Source: an uncultured Neglectibacter sp.
Lineage (GTDB): Bacteria > Bacillota > Clostridia > Oscillospirales > Acutalibacteraceae
NCBI GenBank assembly: GCA_947647615.1
Contig: CANSKS010000001.1
Span: 26,441 to 90,440 of the forward strand
Length of the DNA: 64,000 bases
Direction of reading: 5' to 3'
Shown here: positions 60,464-64,000 of the stretch, piece by piece
Layout of the letters: every line of letters begins with the position of its first letter
Position numbering within the stretch: the stretch's first letter is position 1
Program-made: the position numbers and the translations under genes
The notes under the pieces: generated by a model
Databases searched by the model: none
The model's input: only the letters and a program-made list of their open reading frames with translations
Told to the model about the DNA's origin: nothing

Positions 60464-61357
60464 TTACCCTGCAGGGGCTCCCGAAACACCGGAACCTTCT
60501 GCGGAAGATGTATTCGAAGATGTTCCCTCCGAAGCAGCCGCAGCGCTGTCTTTTCCAGCGGCCGCGTTTTCCCGTTCCGTGTAATATTCCTGGAAGCTGT
60601 CTTTAATCTGGCCGTCTTCTAAGGTCTTCGCGCTTATCACCATTTCCACCCGGCGGTTTTGCGCCCGGTGTTCTTCCGTATCGTTAAGCGCCACCGGCCG
60701 CCATTGGCCATAGCCCTCGCTGATCATCCGGGCCGGGTCTACCGTGCAGTTCTGTTGGATATAGGCCAAGGCCGTAGCCGCCCGGCGGGCGGAAAGGTTC
60801 CTGTCTACATTCACGGTGTTTGGGCGGTTGGGGTCCGCCTGGGCGGTGTGGCCCATCACGCGCACCTCGCTGACGCTCTTCTCTACCTGGGAAAGCATTT
60901 TTCCCACATTTTCCAAAATAGGCTTGCTTTCTTCCCGCAGCTCCCAATCGTCGCCGTCGAAAAATACCGACTGGTTAAAGGTGACGAATACTTTTCCCTG
61001 GCCCTGGCTCACCGCTATGCTGCCCTCCATGTTCATGGACTTCACATAATTTACCAGGCTTTGGAACAGGGTTTCCATATCGGTTTCCAGCTGCATTTCT
61101 TCATCGGGGTTGGGCATCAGGCCAGGGCCGGGGTCGTCCGGAGGGGGATCCGCGAAGGGGCCGTCTTCCCCGCCCTGGACCTCCCTTATGGTCTGGTCGG
61201 CATTGGGGTTAAAGCTCATGACCAGTGCTTTCCAGTTTTCCTCACTAATCGTAGACATGGAGTAGAGGAGCACGAAAAAGCACAACAAAAGCGTTACCAT
61301 GTCGCCGTAGGTGTCTTGCCAGTTAGCGCCGCCTCCGCTGCTTTTCTTTTTCTTCAT
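60464..61357 (-). CDS. motB: Flagellar stator protein MotB (OmpA-like peptidoglycan-binding domain)
   Basis: N-terminal 'WQDTYGDMVTLLLCFFVLLYSMS' (plug/TM with conserved Asp). C-terminal OmpA-like 'LSARRAATALAY...NRRVEMVI'. Confidence 0.9.
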   Translation of the reverse strand: MKKKKSSGGGANWQDTYGDMVTLLLCFFVLLYSMSTISEENWKALVMSFNPNADQTIREVQGGEDGPFADPPPDDPGPGLMPNPDEEMQLETDMETLFQSLVNYVKSMNMEGSIAVSQGQGKVFVTFNQSVFFDGDDWELREESKPILENVGKMLSQVEKSVSEVRVMGHTAQADPNRPNTVNVDRNLSARRAATALAYIQQNCTVDPARMISEGYGQWRPVALNDTEEHRAQNRRVEMVISAKTLEDGQIKDSFQEYYTERENAAAGKDSAAAASEGTSSNTSSAEGSGVSGAPAG

Positions 61358-61390
61358 GAACCTTCCACCTTCTTTCCGTTCAGGAGGGTT

Positions 61391-62245
61391 TTATCCTTCC
61401 GCGTTATCGTTCCCTTTTCCCTTGCCGCCTTTTTTGCCGCCGCCTTCGCCTTCCATTTCCCGCTGCTTCTGGTTCATAAAGGTCAAAAGCTTTTCCCGCA
61501 GGAACTTGGGGTTTTCGCCCGACTGGATAGACATAATGCCTTCTACAATAATCACCTTGCAGAGCACCTCGTCGGCATCCCTGGCCCGCAGGTTGGAGGC
61601 AATGGGGTTAAAAATCATGTTGGCCAGCACCACGCCGTACAGGGTAGTGATAAGGGCAACGCCCATATCGCTGCCAAGAGAGCTGGAGCCGCCCTCCAGG
61701 TTCATGCCCTTGAGCATGTTGATCAAGCCCACCAAGGTGCCCAACATACCAAAGGCCGGAGAAATGGCCGAAGCCTTATCGTACATGGCCGCCACCTCTT
61801 CGTGACGGTTGCTCATACAATCGATATCGTTCTGCAAAATACTGCGCACCTTATCGGCGTCGTTGGCGTCCACAATGAGCATGATGGCCTGTTTAAAGAA
61901 GGGGTCTTCCTGCTCGTTGGCCTTTTCTTCCAAAAAGAGCAGGCCGTTCTTTCTGGCCGTTTGGGCCAGCTCTACCAGCTGGTCAATGTAATACATGGGC
62001 TGGTATTTCTTGGTGTTCAGCATAATGGCAAAATGCTTGGGTATGGCTCCCAAAAGCTTTGGCGGGAAGCTGGCGATAATAACGCCAATGGTACAGCCAA
62101 TTACAATGAAGATACTGGAAATATCGAAGAAATTCCCAAGCTGTTCCGGTTTAAACTGAAAACCCGAAGCATCTATTTTTGTCACCATGCCGAAGAGCAT
62201 GACGGCAATGGAAAAGACCAAACCAATAATGTATGTAAGGTTCAT
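61391..62245 (-). CDS. motA: Flagellar stator protein MotA
   Basis: 284 aa. MotA/TolQ/ExbB channel motif 'PAFGMLGTLVGLINML' and 'GVALITTLYGVVLANMIFNPI'. Confidence 0.9.
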   Translation of the reverse strand: MNLTYIIGLVFSIAVMLFGMVTKIDASGFQFKPEQLGNFFDISSIFIVIGCTIGVIIASFPPKLLGAIPKHFAIMLNTKKYQPMYYIDQLVELAQTARKNGLLFLEEKANEQEDPFFKQAIMLIVDANDADKVRSILQNDIDCMSNRHEEVAAMYDKASAISPAFGMLGTLVGLINMLKGMNLEGGSSSLGSDMGVALITTLYGVVLANMIFNPIASNLRARDADEVLCKVIIVEGIMSIQSGENPKFLREKLLTFMNQKQREMEGEGGGKKGGKGKGNDNAEG

Positions 62246-62312
62246 AACTTAAACGTCGCACTCCCTGCTTCCCAGGCCGCCTTCCGCGCCCCGTTTTTTA
62301 CCTTTTACCGGC

Positions 62313-62528
62313 TCACCGCTTGTCGGTTATGGTGAGTTCCCGATGGATGTCCTGCACTTTGGCATTGTAATCCATAATTTTATCAATAATCTCGTCCGCG
62401 CTTTCCATGACGAGGTAATAGTCACGATTCAACATGACGATCTTCGATTCCGGGATCATCTCTATACACTCTATTTGCAGGTGGTTTACCAAAAATTTCT
62501 CGCCGTTCCGTTTTGTCAGTAAGATCAT
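62313..62528 (-). CDS. flbD: Flagellar protein FlbD
   Basis: 71 aa. 'MILLTKRNGEKFLVNHLQIECIEMIPESKIVMLNRDYYLVMES' matches the FlbD family. Position flgE-flbD-motA. Confidence 0.85.
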   Translation of the reverse strand: MILLTKRNGEKFLVNHLQIECIEMIPESKIVMLNRDYYLVMESADEIIDKIMDYNAKVQDIHRELTITDKR

Positions 62529-62608
62529 GCCGCAAACCGCCTTTCTAAAAAACAGGAAGGAAGCGAAGGCGCGGCGCTTTCCGCGCCCCCGCCGCCTAGC
62601 ATCTCATT

Positions 62609-63814
62609 TTAACGCTTCATGTTCACAAGCTCTTCCAGCATGGAATCGGTCACTGTAATAATTCTGGTGTTGGCCTGGTAGCCGCGCTGGGTGGTGATCA
62701 TTTCGGAAATTTCCGTGGCCAGGTCGGTCTTGGACATTTCCAAACCGCCGGGCAGCAGCTCTACCTTGGCCTTATTGCCAATGCGCATGCCAATGGGCTG
62801 TGTGGCCGCGGGGTCCCCGGGATTACCACCGCCAGCATTGCCGCCATTTTGCGCCTTAAATATACTGCCGTTCACATACTCGATACCGGCCATTTCCGCT
62901 GCGCCGCCCAGCAAAGTAACGGTCAGGTCGCCGGCGCCTTCCAAAGCCTTGTAGTACCGGCCGCCCTGGTGGGTGACGCCCGCGGGGTTGGTCACGCTGC
63001 CAATGGCAATGAAGCCCACGGTTACCGGTTCCCCGTCTTCGTCGCTGGTACCGGTGATCTTGCCGGTTTTCTGGTCGATGCTGATGCTGTCCAGGGTAAT
63101 GTATTTCATTTCCGCATCTTTTGGTGCATCTGCTGGTAACTCATAACGCAACGGTCCCGGAGTACCTGTAATTTCAACTGTGCCATCATCCTTTACCGTT
63201 CTTGTTGTACCATCGGTAGGATAAATGACTTCTACAACTTCTTGCTTGATCTTTCCACCCTTACCATCATCAACTTCCTTCGTGTAACTGCAAATCTTCG
63301 GCAGCTGAATGGGCACCAGCTGGTCGCTGAAGGTGGGCTTGCCATCTTTATCAATGCCCGTGCACAGGAAACCATAAGCCACCTGGCCTTCGCCATCGGT
63401 CAAATGGCCGTCGGCCTTAAAGTCGAAGTCGCCTACCCGGCTGAGCTGGAAGCTCTTTAAGCTTTCCGGGTTCGTGGGATCAAATTCCAGGGTCTTATCG
63501 CCCAGCAGGAAGAAGCCGTCGCCGTCGATCATGCAGTCCAAAGCACGGCCGGTGGTAAAGTAGCTGCTTGTGCTCATGTCCAGGTCAATGGTGCTGATCT
63601 GCATGCCGTAACCAATCTGGTTGGGGTTCACGCCGCCCACTGTGGCGGTACCGTTGGAACCGGAACTGCTGGTGGAATACATGGCGTCGCGGAACACCAC
63701 CCGCCCGGACTTGTAGCCATAGGTGTTTACGTTGGCAATGTTGTTGCCAATGACGTTCAGTTTTTGCATGTGGTTTTTCAGGCCAGAAATGGCCGCGTTC
63801 ATTGCTCCGGTCAT
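62609..63814 (-). CDS. flgE: Flagellar hook protein FlgE
   Basis: N-terminal 'AAISGLKNHMQKLNVIGNNIANVNTYGYK' and C-terminal 'LEMSKTDLATEISEMITTQRGYQANTRIITVTDSMLEELV'. ATG 63814 gives the usual N-terminal length. The ORF-track ATG at 63838 has no SD. Confidence 0.9.
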   Translation of the reverse strand: MTGAMNAAISGLKNHMQKLNVIGNNIANVNTYGYKSGRVVFRDAMYSTSSSGSNGTATVGGVNPNQIGYGMQISTIDLDMSTSSYFTTGRALDCMIDGDGFFLLGDKTLEFDPTNPESLKSFQLSRVGDFDFKADGHLTDGEGQVAYGFLCTGIDKDGKPTFSDQLVPIQLPKICSYTKEVDDGKGGKIKQEVVEVIYPTDGTTRTVKDDGTVEITGTPGPLRYELPADAPKDAEMKYITLDSISIDQKTGKITGTSDEDGEPVTVGFIAIGSVTNPAGVTHQGGRYYKALEGAGDLTVTLLGGAAEMAGIEYVNGSIFKAQNGGNAGGGNPGDPAATQPIGMRIGNKAKVELLPGGLEMSKTDLATEISEMITTQRGYQANTRIITVTDSMLEELVNMKR

Positions 63815-63910
63815 ATTGAGTAACTTTTCTCCTCTCATCTAGGCGCCGCCTGGGCCCTGCCATTCGGGCCGGGCCTAAAGGCATCCTAACCGGTCCTGCC
63901 ATCTGTAAGT

Positions 63911-64000
63911 TTACAGGAATACGGCGCCGTCAATATTGGTAAAAACGTTTTCTTTCATTTCCGCCTGGGTTATCGCGGTGATCACCCTGGCGTTAGGCAC
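63911..64000 (-). CDS. 3' end of a small flagellar operon protein upstream of flgE (TIGR02530-like); 5' end lies outside the window
   Basis: Hand translation gives ...VPNARVITAITQAEMKENVFTNIDGAVFL*. The 'ENVFTNID.AV' ending and the position before flgE resemble the small 'flagellar operon protein' found between flgD and flgE in Firmicutes. Confidence 0.4.
   Translation of the reverse strand: MPNARVITAITQAEMKENVFTNIDGAVFL

Noticed and set aside
60659-62335. 558-aa plus-strand ORF spanning motB and motA.
   Set aside because: It crosses two well-supported minus-strand genes and their intergenic region. It has no motifs and is a shadow ORF.
62568-62587. GC-rich hairpin (GGCGCGG/CCGCGCC) after flgE as an intra-operon terminator.
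   Set aside because: On the sense strand the T-run starts ~15 nt after the stem, too far for a canonical intrinsic terminator. It may still be an RNA-stability element.

Overview
The window is dominated by the flagellar and chemotaxis regulon of a motile Firmicute. It looks Clostridia-like, with Bacillus-type features: fliY, cheC/cheD/cheV, flbD, fliW-csrA, a sigma-D-type fliA, and SLH surface proteins.

Layout:
- 90-4210: SDR enzyme, orphan wHTH regulator plus micro-ORF, and an OmpR/histidine-kinase pair.
- 4313-12103: two giant SLH-anchored surface proteins (minus strand) that share a ~3.6-kb low-GC block across their junction.
- 12131-14594: operon of a FliK-like protein, an FlhB C-terminal paralogue and a PilZ protein.
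- 14692-19192: cheA-cheW-cheR-cheB.
- 19506-25097: flgM-flgN-flgK-flgL-yviE-like-fliW-csrA-yjfB-like.
- 25288-27167: translationally coupled ABC-type ATPase + RloB/TOPRIM pair (AbiL/OLD-like defence module), wedged directly in front of the flagellin gene.
- 27414-29840: an ~808-aa 'giant' flagellin, followed by two relics of other flagellin 3' ends and a FliB-like flagellin lysine methylase.
- 32065-40693: accessory genes (orphan Clp-D2-like AAA+, acidic-repeat lipoprotein, long FtsA-like protein, MCP, orphan FtsE-like ATPase, C39-like peptidase).
- 40764-44062: fliD-fliS-fliT-like.
- 44306-46007: orphan ParA plus a ComFB-domain protein.
- 46097-64000: distal half of a long minus-strand fla/che operon (flgE-flbD-motA-motB-fliM-fliY-cheY-fliO-fliP-fliQ-fliR-flhB-flhA-fliA-rod genes-cheC-cheD-cheV-EAL/HDOD).

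No rRNA, tRNA, CRISPR array, transposase or integrase was recognised. All calls rest on by-eye motif recognition in the supplied translations and on reading the nucleotide sequence. No database search or folding program was run.
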